DNA of 47,507 nucleotides, taken from a virus. The notes beneath the pieces are model-generated. The model saw only the letters and a list, made by a program, of their open reading frames with translations. It made no database searches and was not told the DNA's origin. Below, piece by piece: positions 24,347 to 33,431 of the stretch. A program made the translations under genes and the position numbers. Each line of letters begins with the position of its first letter. Position 1 is the first letter of the stretch. The stretch covers positions 1 through 47,507 of IMG/VR virus record IMGVR_UViG_3300043640_000025; one strand, given 5' to 3'.

Positions 24347-24699
24347 CAGAAATTCACCTGAACGGGTTGGGGGCTGCGGGTGCTTAGGATCGACACCGAA
24401 CCGGTCAAGGTCCGGTCGACGAGGGAGAGCGAGGTGACCGTCACTGAAAGCACGTCAGCCACGGTTAACGCCGCAGCGGTAATCTTCGACTTGACGAGGG
24501 AGGCCGGAGGGCGCTTGCCGAGGATGCTCTGGAAGTACGGCAGTCCAAGTCTGGTGTCGTACCAGCACTCCCCGAGGAACGTTCGGATGGCGCTGGCAAC
24601 GTCCTGAGCGATCGACATATCCGGATCGGTCAACGTGAGGTTGCCGCTCTGGTCAAGTCGGATATCCCAGTTCGCGTCGAGGGTTAGCGTGTTCGCCAT
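24346..24699 (-). CDS. Small baseplate protein (gpW/gp25-like position)
   Basis: 117 aa. ATG at 24699; the stop overlaps the J start by 1 nt. The longer TTG start lies inside the terminator U-tract. Confidence 0.55.
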   Translation of the reverse strand: MANTLTLDANWDIRLDQSGNLTLTDPDMSIAQDVASAIRTFLGECWYDTRLGLPYFQSILGKRPPASLVKSKITAAALTVADVLSVTVTSLSLVDRTLTGSVSILSTRSPQPVQVNF

Positions 24700-24718
24700 G
24701 GGGATTCCGATGGACAAC

Positions 24719-24738
24719 AAAAAACCCGCATTGGCGGG
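24719..24738 (-). terminator. Minus-strand intrinsic terminator-like hairpin upstream of the gpW-like gene
   Basis: On the minus strand: cccgc-caat-gcggg followed by U6. It lies between the antisense moron and 24699. Confidence 0.5.
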
Positions 24739-24747
24739 TCAGGGGAA

Positions 24748-25203
24748 ATGATGAAACTGGCTCTTTCTATTCTCGTCGCCATGTTGGCGAGTACAACAGC
24801 CTCCGCCGCTGTCGATAGGATCGACGTTCCAACCTTCACACCAAGGGAGTGGGCTACTGCGCCAGGCGCGTCGCCTTGGGCCCACATTGGCGACACTGAA
24901 TCGACTAGTTACTGGTATTCCTATGCAGTCGTCCAGGGCCAGGTATTCGTCGGCATCAAGAACGCCAGCATAGGTATCGGCAAGAACTACACGTCTCTTG
25001 GCCTCACCACTGGGTCGCTTGCCTGCGGACCTTCTGGGGATTACCCGGACTCCATGACCGAATCACATGCCGGCGTCTACAGTCCAGTGACCGGCATCCG
25101 CATGGACGATGGCGATGGTCCATTCGGCGCGGAGACCCCAATTACCCGAAACACAGCCCTTGCCAGGATCGTCGTCAAGGTGTGCGATGCCGTTCGTCGC
25201 TAA
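24748..25203 (+). CDS. Secreted protein of unknown function (opposite-strand moron in the baseplate operon)
   Basis: Signal peptide MMKLALSILVAMLASTTASAAV. AGGGGAA RBS. Its stop abuts the stop of the convergent spike gene with no spacer. Confidence 0.65.
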   Translation: MMKLALSILVAMLASTTASAAVDRIDVPTFTPREWATAPGASPWAHIGDTESTSYWYSYAVVQGQVFVGIKNASIGIGKNYTSLGLTTGSLACGPSGDYPDSMTESHAGVYSPVTGIRMDDGDGPFGAETPITRNTALARIVVKVCDAVRR

Positions 25204-25857
25204 CTATGACGAAGGCCCGCCGGAGTTTCCTGATCCTGGCTGAACAAGTATGTGGTGATGCGTGCTGAGAGGAATGTCGATGCCCATCACCTCGCCAACA
25301 GCGGTAACAGTGCTTGTGGCTGACACCGGGCCATCCAGTTCAATATCCGGCGCGCGCAGTGTGATCTTCGTCGGTGAGACGATCTCTACCCCACCGGCAC
25401 TGAATCGAACGTACTGCTCCGGCACCCCGTTAAGGATGCCACCGAGGTACATGGCATCCGACAGGCTGTTCCGCCGAGCCGAACCTGGCGGGCCATCGGC
25501 CTTGGACGCCGTGACCGCCGATAGGTCGCGATCCCCAATCACGGCAATCCCGATGTCACCGATCTTCGGATCGAGGATTACTGCATCCGCTCCACCCTGC
25601 AGGCGCAAGTACGGGGCGTTATAGATCGGTGGCATGGCAGTGACCTGTCCGGCGCCATCTACCTGCTGGACCATCGGCTGGATATCGACATAGCCGACAG
25701 GCTCAAGGCCACCGGCGTTCGTGACGTCCAGCACCCGGACGATCGTCGCCGTTCTTGCCTTTGCCAATTTCTGGCGAAAGAAGAACTCCATGACATCGAA
25801 CTGGCTCGATCCAGAGGCACCGTCGCGGAACGTGCTGGCACTATTTTGCGATGGCAT
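25204..25857 (-). CDS. Baseplate central spike (gpV / Gp138-like)
   Basis: ATIVRVLD....VDIQP...........PPIYNAPYLRLQGG..AVILDPKIGDIGIAVIGDRDLS is the OB-fold spike motif. A C-terminal STHHH histidine cluster is typical of spike tips. Confidence 0.7.
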   Translation of the reverse strand: MPSQNSASTFRDGASGSSQFDVMEFFFRQKLAKARTATIVRVLDVTNAGGLEPVGYVDIQPMVQQVDGAGQVTAMPPIYNAPYLRLQGGADAVILDPKIGDIGIAVIGDRDLSAVTASKADGPPGSARRNSLSDAMYLGGILNGVPEQYVRFSAGGVEIVSPTKITLRAPDIELDGPVSATSTVTAVGEVMGIDIPLSTHHHILVQPGSGNSGGPSS

Positions 25858-26767
25858 TGAAATTGTTCGCTGCGAGGTTCACGCGTGAAAACCATGGGCC
25901 ATTCGGCGTTTCGGAAGAAAGATCGTGGGTCACGCCGTAGGCCTTGAAGATCCCGTTCGTGCCTGCCGTGGCTGAACCGTTGGCCTGCGCGGGCGCGTTG
26001 GCAGACGGCCTGGGGATGGAGCTGGTTACCCGGACCTGTCGACCCACCTGAATATCCGGGTTGAAGAGGGTGATGATGTCGATACCACGGACGGAGTACA
26101 TCGGATAACCGACCAGGCCGTTCTCAGGCCTAACGTCGGTAACCGAGTCATCCCGACTCCCATCCTTCGGCCAGATGAAAACGGTCTTGTTCTCTATCGC
26201 AACATTGATGCCAGCTGCGATGCCAATATCCTTGATCTGGTCCACAGCCGTGCCACCTACGGCATGATTGCTCAGTACGGCCGCGACGCCATTATTCTGA
26301 AAGCCGAGGTTGGCCGCCTTCGCGATCGCCTCGATCATGGATCCCACGCTCATAGATCCTTTGTAGCTACTGGCAGCGATCGCATCGTATTGGGCTGTGG
26401 CGAATGCCGAGGCGATGATCTCGACACCGACGTCGGGCATGCTGTTGTAGTCGACGATCCCCGACGTGATGTTGCCGGCGAAGACCAGCGTCATACCTGA
26501 GGCATCGTCACCGGCAAAGACGTTGACCGCATTTCGGCGATAGATGCCGGACTGAAAGCCGAGTGTTGACAGCTTCGCCATGTCATCGCCAAGCATGCCG
26601 CTGACGCGGAGGCTTAGTTGGGATGCGAACGATCCGACACTGCCGGAGTAACTGTTTACGGTCGCCTGGCACCGAAGCCCGGTAAGGCTGAGTGTATTGT
26701 TCTCGCCGTCGAAGGTGTCGCCGTTCAGGGCGAATTTGACGTCGATGCGGCGGCGAAGGAACGTCAT
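25841..26767 (-). CDS. Putative baseplate hub protein
   Basis: 308 aa between the plug-like protein and the spike. Assigned by position only. Confidence 0.4.
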   Translation of the reverse strand: MTFLRRRIDVKFALNGDTFDGENNTLSLTGLRCQATVNSYSGSVGSFASQLSLRVSGMLGDDMAKLSTLGFQSGIYRRNAVNVFAGDDASGMTLVFAGNITSGIVDYNSMPDVGVEIIASAFATAQYDAIAASSYKGSMSVGSMIEAIAKAANLGFQNNGVAAVLSNHAVGGTAVDQIKDIGIAAGINVAIENKTVFIWPKDGSRDDSVTDVRPENGLVGYPMYSVRGIDIITLFNPDIQVGRQVRVTSSIPRPSANAPAQANGSATAGTNGIFKAYGVTHDLSSETPNGPWFSRVNLAANNFNAIAK

Positions 26768-27066
26768 GCCAGGTCATCCGGTGTCAGGTACATCAGGACC
26801 CATCGGGCACCGAGTCCAGTGAACCGAGGATCTTCCGTACCCTGGGTGTCCATGAACGATAGGTCGCCAGTGAAACCGAGATAGGCTTGGCGGACGAGTA
26901 ATACTCGATCACGGCATATTGCTCCCGAAATGATCGGCCGGCCTGACACGGCAAGATCAAGAAACATGCCCGTCGACTTCTGGTACACGGTGACGTTGCA
27001 GTTCTGGCCACCGAGAGTGATAAGGGCCGACTGTGACGGCAACGCCTGTATCGGGACGATCATCAT
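26764..27066 (-). CDS. Baseplate plug-like protein
   Basis: 100 aa. PSQSALITLGGQNCNVTVYQKSTGMFLDL resembles the small plug family seen with DUF2612/DUF3383 tails. Confidence 0.45.
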   Translation of the reverse strand: MMIVPIQALPSQSALITLGGQNCNVTVYQKSTGMFLDLAVSGRPIISGAICRDRVLLVRQAYLGFTGDLSFMDTQGTEDPRFTGLGARWVLMYLTPDDLA

Positions 27067-27653
27067 TGCGGCTCACCACCAGAGTTGTAGGCTGCCGCCT
27101 GCTCTTTTGAAGGGATCGATACCGTCACCGTGCCGCCCTTGATCATGCTTGCTGCGCTCGGAGAGTCACTCTGAACGTTCGGAACGTCCGGATCGCTGGT
27201 GTAATCGGACGAGGCAGTGATGCGAACCTCGCGAAACCAGGCATCGACGATGAGCAAGGTCACACCGTTGGTGGACTCGCGCCGATAGTCGAAGTGGACC
27301 AGGGTCATGCTCGGGTAGGTCTTGTCCGGGGTCACCAGATCGTAAACCTCGACCTCACGAAGCATCCGTTCGATGGTGTCCAGAAATTCCTCGCGGGACA
27401 TCGTTTCGTTGCCAGAACACACCATCCGCATCCGTGCATCGAAGGGCGTACTGACCTTGTCGTAGCTTGAAAAAGCTCCCTGCTCCATCGGGTAATCACT
27501 GACGCGTGACTCGCCGCGGTACTCGAACCCGCTCACGGTATCCGGCCGGATGACGAGATCACTGGTCATAGCGTTGACCACGAACCAGTCCGTCGATCGC
27601 GGGAAGAACAGGTCGACCAGTTCAGTCGCGGCAGCAAGCAGGACGGCACTCAT
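27063..27653 (-). CDS. Dit-like / baseplate protein
   Basis: 196 aa directly after the tape measure gene. VSDYPMEQGAFSSYDKV...LVTPDKTYPSMTLVHFDYRRE pattern. Confidence 0.45.
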   Translation of the reverse strand: MSAVLLAAATELVDLFFPRSTDWFVVNAMTSDLVIRPDTVSGFEYRGESRVSDYPMEQGAFSSYDKVSTPFDARMRMVCSGNETMSREEFLDTIERMLREVEVYDLVTPDKTYPSMTLVHFDYRRESTNGVTLLIVDAWFREVRITASSDYTSDPDVPNVQSDSPSAASMIKGGTVTVSIPSKEQAAAYNSGGEPQ

Positions 27654-29566
27654 CAGTTGAGCCCCGTGTCTGCTTGCGCGATCAACGAATTGTTGTCCAG
27701 AGCCCCACGCATATCCATGACGATGCCCTTGGCGTCCGTGGCCTGGGTGTTCACTGTGATGGACCCGATATGCGTTTCCGCCGTACTGGTCCGGCTGGCG
27801 AGTTGTGGTGCGGCGCTCGTCGCGGCTTTCGGACCGGCACCCAGCATGATGCCCTGCGCATAATCCTTCGCGCTGACATATTTCCCATTGCCCTCATGCT
27901 CGACGATGCCCTTTACCAAGGGCACCAGCGTATGCATGTCGCTCAGGTCGAGCTTCGCATTCGGGTCTTTGCCAGTGGCCGAGGCCAGTGCCTTGATGTA
28001 GGCCTGTACGTCGTTATTGTCACCAGCCGGCGCGTACTTGTTCACGATCTCGGTAATCGTGTCGATACCCCGGCGGGAATAGGCCTCTAGCTGATTGACC
28101 AGGGCGCTGACGCCGGTCGACATGTCCTCGAAGACAGCGAACCGGCCCTTTTCGCCGCCTTCCTTCGTCGCCCCTTCCTGCCCAGCGAAGTTGAGGTTTC
28201 CCGGATTGTTGTTCCGGACACCGCGCGGAAGCCTCGTTCCCTTGACGGGCGCCTTACCGAGGCCTCCGCCTGCCTCAATGATTCGGCTCAATTCGGGAGC
28301 GGCATTGCGGTAGGTGGACTTTTCCGCAGGCGTGAGCGACTGGTAGGCATCGACGCGCTTCTGCCTGTCCTCCTGCTTCAGCGAGGACCAGTTGTCCCGG
28401 GCGATCGCCATCTTGGCGTCGTCGTTTCCTGCGGCGGCAAGAACGCCAGCGATGCGCTTGCCGACCCAGTCGCCGGCCTTGGTGCCAGCCAGGACGTGAT
28501 CATTGATCGCCGTCCCCGTCATGTATCCGACTGCAGCTGCGCCGGCGACACCCATGGCCCCGAGGCCAGCCGTGGCCGACGCCAGCAAAGGAATGAGGCG
28601 GCCTAGCCCAAGGATCAGTCCGGTAATCGGTGCCAGCACCTTCAGCGCCAACACCGCACCCACGACGAGAGCTACCGTCTTCCATCCGCCGAACGCGTCG
28701 ACGACCTTGTTCACGCCATTGATGAGGCTTTCCAGCTTCGCGCCGACGGCTTCCCAGTTGACCGAATCGAGCCAGTTGGCGAATCGGTTAGCCAGGCGCT
28801 CGAGCGTCGGAGACAGGCGCGCGAAGGCGGTTTCCTCGACGCCCTTGAACCGCTGCTGGATATCGGCCCAGCTTTTCTGCAACCGCATGGCCGCTTCAGT
28901 GGACTTGTCCGTGACCTTGGACAGCCCTTCGCCGGCCGCCAGACGCTTCTTCAGCTCGTCCGGCCCCAGCATCAGCTCATTGAACATCGAACCGACGCCA
29001 AGCCCGTTGGCGAGCCACTGCGCCTGGAGCCGTGGCAGTTCGTGCATCCGCTTGGAAATGCTGAGCAAGGCATCGTCGATGCCGAGAACCTTCCCCTTGG
29101 CATCTGTCAGGGCAACGCCGTTGATGCGCGCCATGTCGGTCAGCGCAGAACTGCCCTTGATCGACGCCTCGGCCAGGCCGGAACCGACTGCCTGGATCGC
29201 CCCGAACGCGTCCTCAGCCTGTCCGCCCATCTCCTTGGCGACAAGGCCCCACGACTCCAGCTTGCGGGCACTGATATCGACATTGGCGCTCAGGCGACCG
29301 AGCGCAGCCTGGCTAGTGACCTGTGTGGAAATGAACTGCTTCAGCCCCGTCGCCGCACCGAATATGGCCAATACGCCGAGAAGCTCCGTTTTTACGGAGC
29401 CGAAGAATTCGGCCGCCCGCTTGCCGCTGTTGGAAACGTCCTTCGCGACGCCGTCAGCCTTGTCCTTGAACGAGTCCAGCCCTTCCTCGGACCTTTTCTT
29501 GCCCTTGTCGAATTCCTTGACGTCGAGGCCAAGGGTCATGACTAGAGCATCGACTACGGTGGCCAT
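27653..29566 (-). CDS. Tape measure protein with a C-terminal RNNNPGN domain
   Basis: 637 aa, helical with hydrophobic central segments. Position after the G/GT chaperones. Motif GVRNNNPGNLNF at about 28202-28226. Confidence 0.85.
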   Translation of the reverse strand: MATVVDALVMTLGLDVKEFDKGKKRSEEGLDSFKDKADGVAKDVSNSGKRAAEFFGSVKTELLGVLAIFGAATGLKQFISTQVTSQAALGRLSANVDISARKLESWGLVAKEMGGQAEDAFGAIQAVGSGLAEASIKGSSALTDMARINGVALTDAKGKVLGIDDALLSISKRMHELPRLQAQWLANGLGVGSMFNELMLGPDELKKRLAAGEGLSKVTDKSTEAAMRLQKSWADIQQRFKGVEETAFARLSPTLERLANRFANWLDSVNWEAVGAKLESLINGVNKVVDAFGGWKTVALVVGAVLALKVLAPITGLILGLGRLIPLLASATAGLGAMGVAGAAAVGYMTGTAINDHVLAGTKAGDWVGKRIAGVLAAAGNDDAKMAIARDNWSSLKQEDRQKRVDAYQSLTPAEKSTYRNAAPELSRIIEAGGGLGKAPVKGTRLPRGVRNNNPGNLNFAGQEGATKEGGEKGRFAVFEDMSTGVSALVNQLEAYSRRGIDTITEIVNKYAPAGDNNDVQAYIKALASATGKDPNAKLDLSDMHTLVPLVKGIVEHEGNGKYVSAKDYAQGIMLGAGPKAATSAAPQLASRTSTAETHIGSITVNTQATDAKGIVMDMRGALDNNSLIAQADTGLN

Positions 29567-29569
29567 GAC

Positions 29570-30180
29570 TCAATCCTTGGGAGCGTTGACGACTTGATGG
29601 TTATGACTATCGACCGTGTTCACTTCCAGCAACGTCCACAAGTCCTCGACGCCGTAAACGGTGTCAAGTTCGTGCAGGGTGGCTAGGCGAGAGGAAACGA
29701 CGGTCGCGATGGTGCGAGGAACGTTCAGGTATTCGACGATGCCGCGGGGCCGGACGCCGATGCCTGGCCCAAGGTCGAGAGCCCGACGGCCTTGGAAAAA
29801 TCCGCGTGAAGCTTGAACGCCGCGATGCGAAGCTTGAACCGCGTGGCGATCTCTTCGATATCGTTCTCGACCAGGCTACGGACAATCTCCGGATTGCTCG
29901 GGTTCGGCATCATCTGGACGCAGCGGAACATTTCTTCCATGAGGATTTCCGCATCATCGAACGGAAGCTTCGCGATCAGCGTCAGTCCGTAGGAGGCGAT
30001 ACCCGCGAATCCGGACTGTGATATGTCATCCGGCAACTCAACGCCATTCTTACCCATGGCGAGGAAGGCGCGGATGGCCCAACGCTCCCCCTGCGTCGCC
30101 GGCATTTCGGTGATCAGGAAGACCTTGCCGAGATCGCGCCCTTCGTCCGTGACCTTGTATTGAAGCGTCTTGCGAGCCAT
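29570..30180 (-). CDS. Tail assembly chaperone GT-like fusion made by a programmed -1 frameshift near 29794-29802
   Basis: The -1 frame is open with no Met from the GAUUUUUCC run to a TGA 3 nt before the tape-measure ATG. It reads ...GIVEYLNVPRTIATVVSSRLATLHELDTVYGVEDLWTLLEVN... Confidence 0.55.
29725..30180 (-). CDS. Tail assembly chaperone (gpG-like)
   Basis: 151 aa between the tube and tape measure genes. Confidence 0.7.
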   Translation of the reverse strand: MARKTLQYKVTDEGRDLGKVFLITEMPATQGERWAIRAFLAMGKNGVELPDDISQSGFAGIASYGLTLIAKLPFDDAEILMEEMFRCVQMMPNPSNPEIVRSLVENDIEEIATRFKLRIAAFKLHADFSKAVGLSTLGQASASGPAASSNT

Positions 30181-30611
30181 TAGATGCGCGCTCCGATGAC
30201 CGATTCCCAGGTGATCTGGTACGGCACGGCCGCAAGAAGCTTCTTGACGTCAGGCACCGGACGCGAGGACGTCAGGAAGCCTCGCTTCAGGACGTACTTG
30301 AAGCCGATGGATGGAAGGCTGATGGAGGCATTCGCCGTCATGACCTCGCGCTGTGACAGCTGCGCCAGTGCCCAGTTGTTGAAGATTTCGAGCGACGGAG
30401 AGTCCGGCATGATCGTGATGGTCTGTTTCACCGGATTGAAGATGAAGCCGCCGGAGAGATGACCGTCCAGACCCTGCACGACCTCGGCGTTTTCCATCGC
30501 CTCCGTGGTGAAGGCGTCGTCGGCGCCGTAGCCGGACAGGATCTGGGGCGACGGGTACAGGCCGGTGATAGCCAGAGCAAACACCGAGTTTGCGGCAGTG
30601 ATGGTTGCCAT
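30180..30611 (-). CDS. Tail tube protein (DUF3277-like)
   Basis: 143 aa immediately after the sheath gene. Confidence 0.75.
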   Translation of the reverse strand: MATITAANSVFALAITGLYPSPQILSGYGADDAFTTEAMENAEVVQGLDGHLSGGFIFNPVKQTITIMPDSPSLEIFNNWALAQLSQREVMTANASISLPSIGFKYVLKRGFLTSSRPVPDVKKLLAAVPYQITWESVIGARI

Positions 30612-30613
30612 GA

Positions 30614-32092
30614 TTATTGGACCTCAATCGATGCAAGAGTAAGCTTCTGGATACTTCCACCATCGGTGTAGTACAGGGTCATGGGAGGGCTGGACCGCTC
30701 CACGCGGATCGCCGCTGTCGCCGGAACGATCTGGAGGTAGTAGCCGTTCGCGGTGATCGCCTGCGAGACATCCACGCCCAGGGCGTTGCGGATATCAGCC
30801 GCCTGCGAGGCCGACAGAGCAACGCCGGTACGGATCGCGCCGAAGTTGATCGCGGCATTGATCGGGTCAAGGACCGCAGCATCGATCAGGGCATAGCCGC
30901 TGGCGTTGTAGGGGTTCGAGCCGACCGACTGCAGCAGCGTGAACATGGCGAGCTGCAGCTGTGCGTTCAGCCAGATTTGCCCGACGTAGGAGTCCGCCCA
31001 CTTGTACTGACCGGAGATCGAGCCCGGATACATGAAGGTGAAGTCATCGTTTGCCGTCGCGTAGGCGCCGTAGAAGTTGTATCCGTTGGCGATCAGCGCA
31101 TTGGCATCACTGGCGTTATCGACCGATGGAAGGATGCCGGCCTGCTTCTGGAATGCCAGGGTCGTCCGGCCATTGAGGCGATCGACATCCGCCGATGCCA
31201 CCCAACTCAGGGCGAACGCGGCGTGGGTCAGGTCGCCGAAGATCGCCAGCGTGCCGCTGCCCGATGCCAGGTTGACCGCAGCCATCCACGTCGAGGTATT
31301 GCCGCTGATCTTGGCGTTCGGGTCCGAGTCGTAGCCGGCGTATGCGTAGCGGTTGTCCTGCGCGCTTGTCCAAGCCGAGAAGGCGACCTTGCCAGCCAGG
31401 TCCGGCTCCCACGTCGTGGTGAAGGCCGCCCAGTTCTGCGTCAGCGCGGCGATCGCGCTCATGGCTTCGCCTGGCGTGGCTTCGTCTTCGCCCTGTGAGG
31501 TCACCGCGCCAGTCGCCGAGGTCAGGCGAAGACCGGACGACAGCGGGCCACTGGCGAAGCCGATGGTCGATGCTTCGCCGGTCGTGCTGGACGTGAAGAC
31601 GAATGCCGACAGCTGCGGATCGTAGGAGACGGCGAACGTCGGCGAGGTAAACCCGGCCTGGATCAGCGTGGCCGCATTGGAGAAGCTGGTCGCGGCGGAC
31701 AGGCTGATCGAACTGGACGTCAGCGGCGCGCCATTCGAGGTGACCGTCAGGGTGCCGGAGAGCAACTTGAGTTGCGCCAGGGTCACGTCTGCCAGCGACG
31801 CGCTGCGAAGATAGGCGGCGACATCATCGGTGGGGTACTGAGAGAACAGCAGCACACCCGGGGTCTTCGTGGCGGCATCCGGACCCTTGAAGTAGATGAG
31901 GGCTGCTTCGTACTCGAGCGAGGTCAGGCCGAAGAAGGCGCCGACATCATCTGCACTGGCGAACGGCTGGACAGAGCCAATGGGAACGGACGTGCTGTCG
32001 GTGAGGATCAGACCATTAAGGTCGATCGCACTGCCCGCCGCCGCGAGGACGCCAGGGTTCACCTGGACGATCTGTGATGCAGGGATGGTCAT
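30614..32092 (-). CDS. Contractile tail sheath protein (DUF3383-like)
   Basis: 492 aa. N-terminus MTIPASQIVQVNPGVL...LNGLILT is typical of this sheath family. Followed by the tube gene. Confidence 0.8.
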   Translation of the reverse strand: MTIPASQIVQVNPGVLAAAGSAIDLNGLILTDSTSVPIGSVQPFASADDVGAFFGLTSLEYEAALIYFKGPDAATKTPGVLLFSQYPTDDVAAYLRSASLADVTLAQLKLLSGTLTVTSNGAPLTSSSISLSAATSFSNAATLIQAGFTSPTFAVSYDPQLSAFVFTSSTTGEASTIGFASGPLSSGLRLTSATGAVTSQGEDEATPGEAMSAIAALTQNWAAFTTTWEPDLAGKVAFSAWTSAQDNRYAYAGYDSDPNAKISGNTSTWMAAVNLASGSGTLAIFGDLTHAAFALSWVASADVDRLNGRTTLAFQKQAGILPSVDNASDANALIANGYNFYGAYATANDDFTFMYPGSISGQYKWADSYVGQIWLNAQLQLAMFTLLQSVGSNPYNASGYALIDAAVLDPINAAINFGAIRTGVALSASQAADIRNALGVDVSQAITANGYYLQIVPATAAIRVERSSPPMTLYYTDGGSIQKLTLASIEVQ

Positions 32093-32631
32093 TACTGGAT
32101 CTCCGGAGGGAACGTAGCGTCAACTTCAGCCAGGCCGATGTTGAGTTGGTCTGCAAAGTCCATGGGTGTCTGGACGACAGGGTTTAACTGGGCGACGAAA
32201 TCGACCGTCCAGCGTTGTTCGTATTGCTGCTCGCCGTTGACCATGGAGGTCTGTTTCGGCTCGCCGGCATAGAGCGGTTGAATGACGTCGCCGTGATCCT
32301 TGAACCAGGTACAGGCGAAGTCCGTTCGGATCAGGGTCGATACGGCCACCGCCCTGTCGAGTGCGCCGTCGCCGTAGAAATCAAGTTGCACGTCCCATCG
32401 GGTAGACCGGGAGTTGTTCTCGGTGCCCGTACCGAGACCGGTGTCGGTGTAGCTCGCACGGTTCGTCGACAGACCGGTCAGGAACAGGGTCGTCATCGTG
32501 GTAAACGACCCGTATGGCATCGGGACACGGTTTGCCTGCGCCTGGACTACTTCCCCGTCAATCAGAGGCAATAAAAAACCGCGCAAGGCGGTCAGGAGGT
32601 CTTCTTCGGTAATGCTGATGGCTACGGTCAT
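32092..32631 (-). CDS. Neck / tail terminator-like protein
   Basis: 179 aa directly upstream of the sheath gene. Assigned by position. Confidence 0.45.
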   Translation of the reverse strand: MTVAISITEEDLLTALRGFLLPLIDGEVVQAQANRVPMPYGSFTTMTTLFLTGLSTNRASYTDTGLGTGTENNSRSTRWDVQLDFYGDGALDRAVAVSTLIRTDFACTWFKDHGDVIQPLYAGEPKQTSMVNGEQQYEQRWTVDFVAQLNPVVQTPMDFADQLNIGLAEVDATFPPEIQ

Positions 32632-33431
32632 GACGGCTTCAGTGCGATGAGTTCAGCGCACCACCCCCTCGCTGTAGCTGTCGTCGTGGCCGTGCCTGTG
32701 GCGGTTCCGGTGGCGCCTGCCGCTGCCTGCATCTTTGAGGCGACAACGATGCTCGCCACGCCATTGACCCCGCCCTCGGACTTGTTGCTGAATCCTGTCG
32801 GCGCCGTGTAGCCGGTGACGGCGTTGTCCGTCGCCATGTCCAGAGAGCCCACATAGAGCAGCATGCAGTTCGCCGCAGTCGTCGTAATCGTTGGCGCTAT
32901 CAGGGTGATCGGTGACGGCTTATTGCCTGCCGATGCCGTTCCGCTGAGGGCGTTGACCGGTGTAATAGAGTCCACGCCCGACCACCTTTGGCACACCGCC
33001 GACCAGCCATGTTCATGCGCCTCGGCCGCGCCAGTGATCGGTGAGGCCTCCGATCCGTCCGCGACCCGGTAGTAGGCCCGCATGTCCTGTCCGTCCGAAC
33101 CGAACGATCCGGAGTTGAACAGAAGGGTCCATCCAGTCGGACCGGCGCCGCCGTCATTGTCTTCGCCGAGATAGAGTATCAGGAGGCCACCAGTACCTGA
33201 GGGCAGTGCAATGCTGTAGGCGGCACCGATACCGTTGGCCGTTGTCGTATTGACCAGGGCGATCCCTCCCGCAACTGGCGTCTCAGACACCTTGCCGCCG
33301 GCAATGATCTGTAACGCCTTTGCCGTGCCAAATTCCGCCTCGGCCTCCTGACCGCCTGCGCCAACCGTGATGACCTTGGCCGGGCTGACGACTTCGCCGA
33401 GTAGGCCGGACGACAGGATGCCAATCGCCAT
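32628..33431 (-). CDS. Hypothetical virion protein
   Basis: 267 aa, Gly/Ala/Thr-rich, in the structural operon. Confidence 0.55.
   Translation of the reverse strand: MAIGILSSGLLGEVVSPAKVITVGAGGQEAEAEFGTAKALQIIAGGKVSETPVAGGIALVNTTTANGIGAAYSIALPSGTGGLLILYLGEDNDGGAGPTGWTLLFNSGSFGSDGQDMRAYYRVADGSEASPITGAAEAHEHGWSAVCQRWSGVDSITPVNALSGTASAGNKPSPITLIAPTITTTAANCMLLYVGSLDMATDNAVTGYTAPTGFSNKSEGGVNGVASIVVASKMQAAAGATGTATGTATTTATARGWCAELIALKPS

Noticed and set aside
28503-29597. 364-aa plus-strand ORF antisense to the tape measure gene. Similar shadows occur at 21532..22479, 23606..24295, 30617..31498, 36022..36897, 37108..37860, 39950..40594 and 40778..41476.
   Set aside because: All lie opposite well-supported structural genes. 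They have Arg/Ala/Ser/Pro-biased, low-complexity translations and no start signals.
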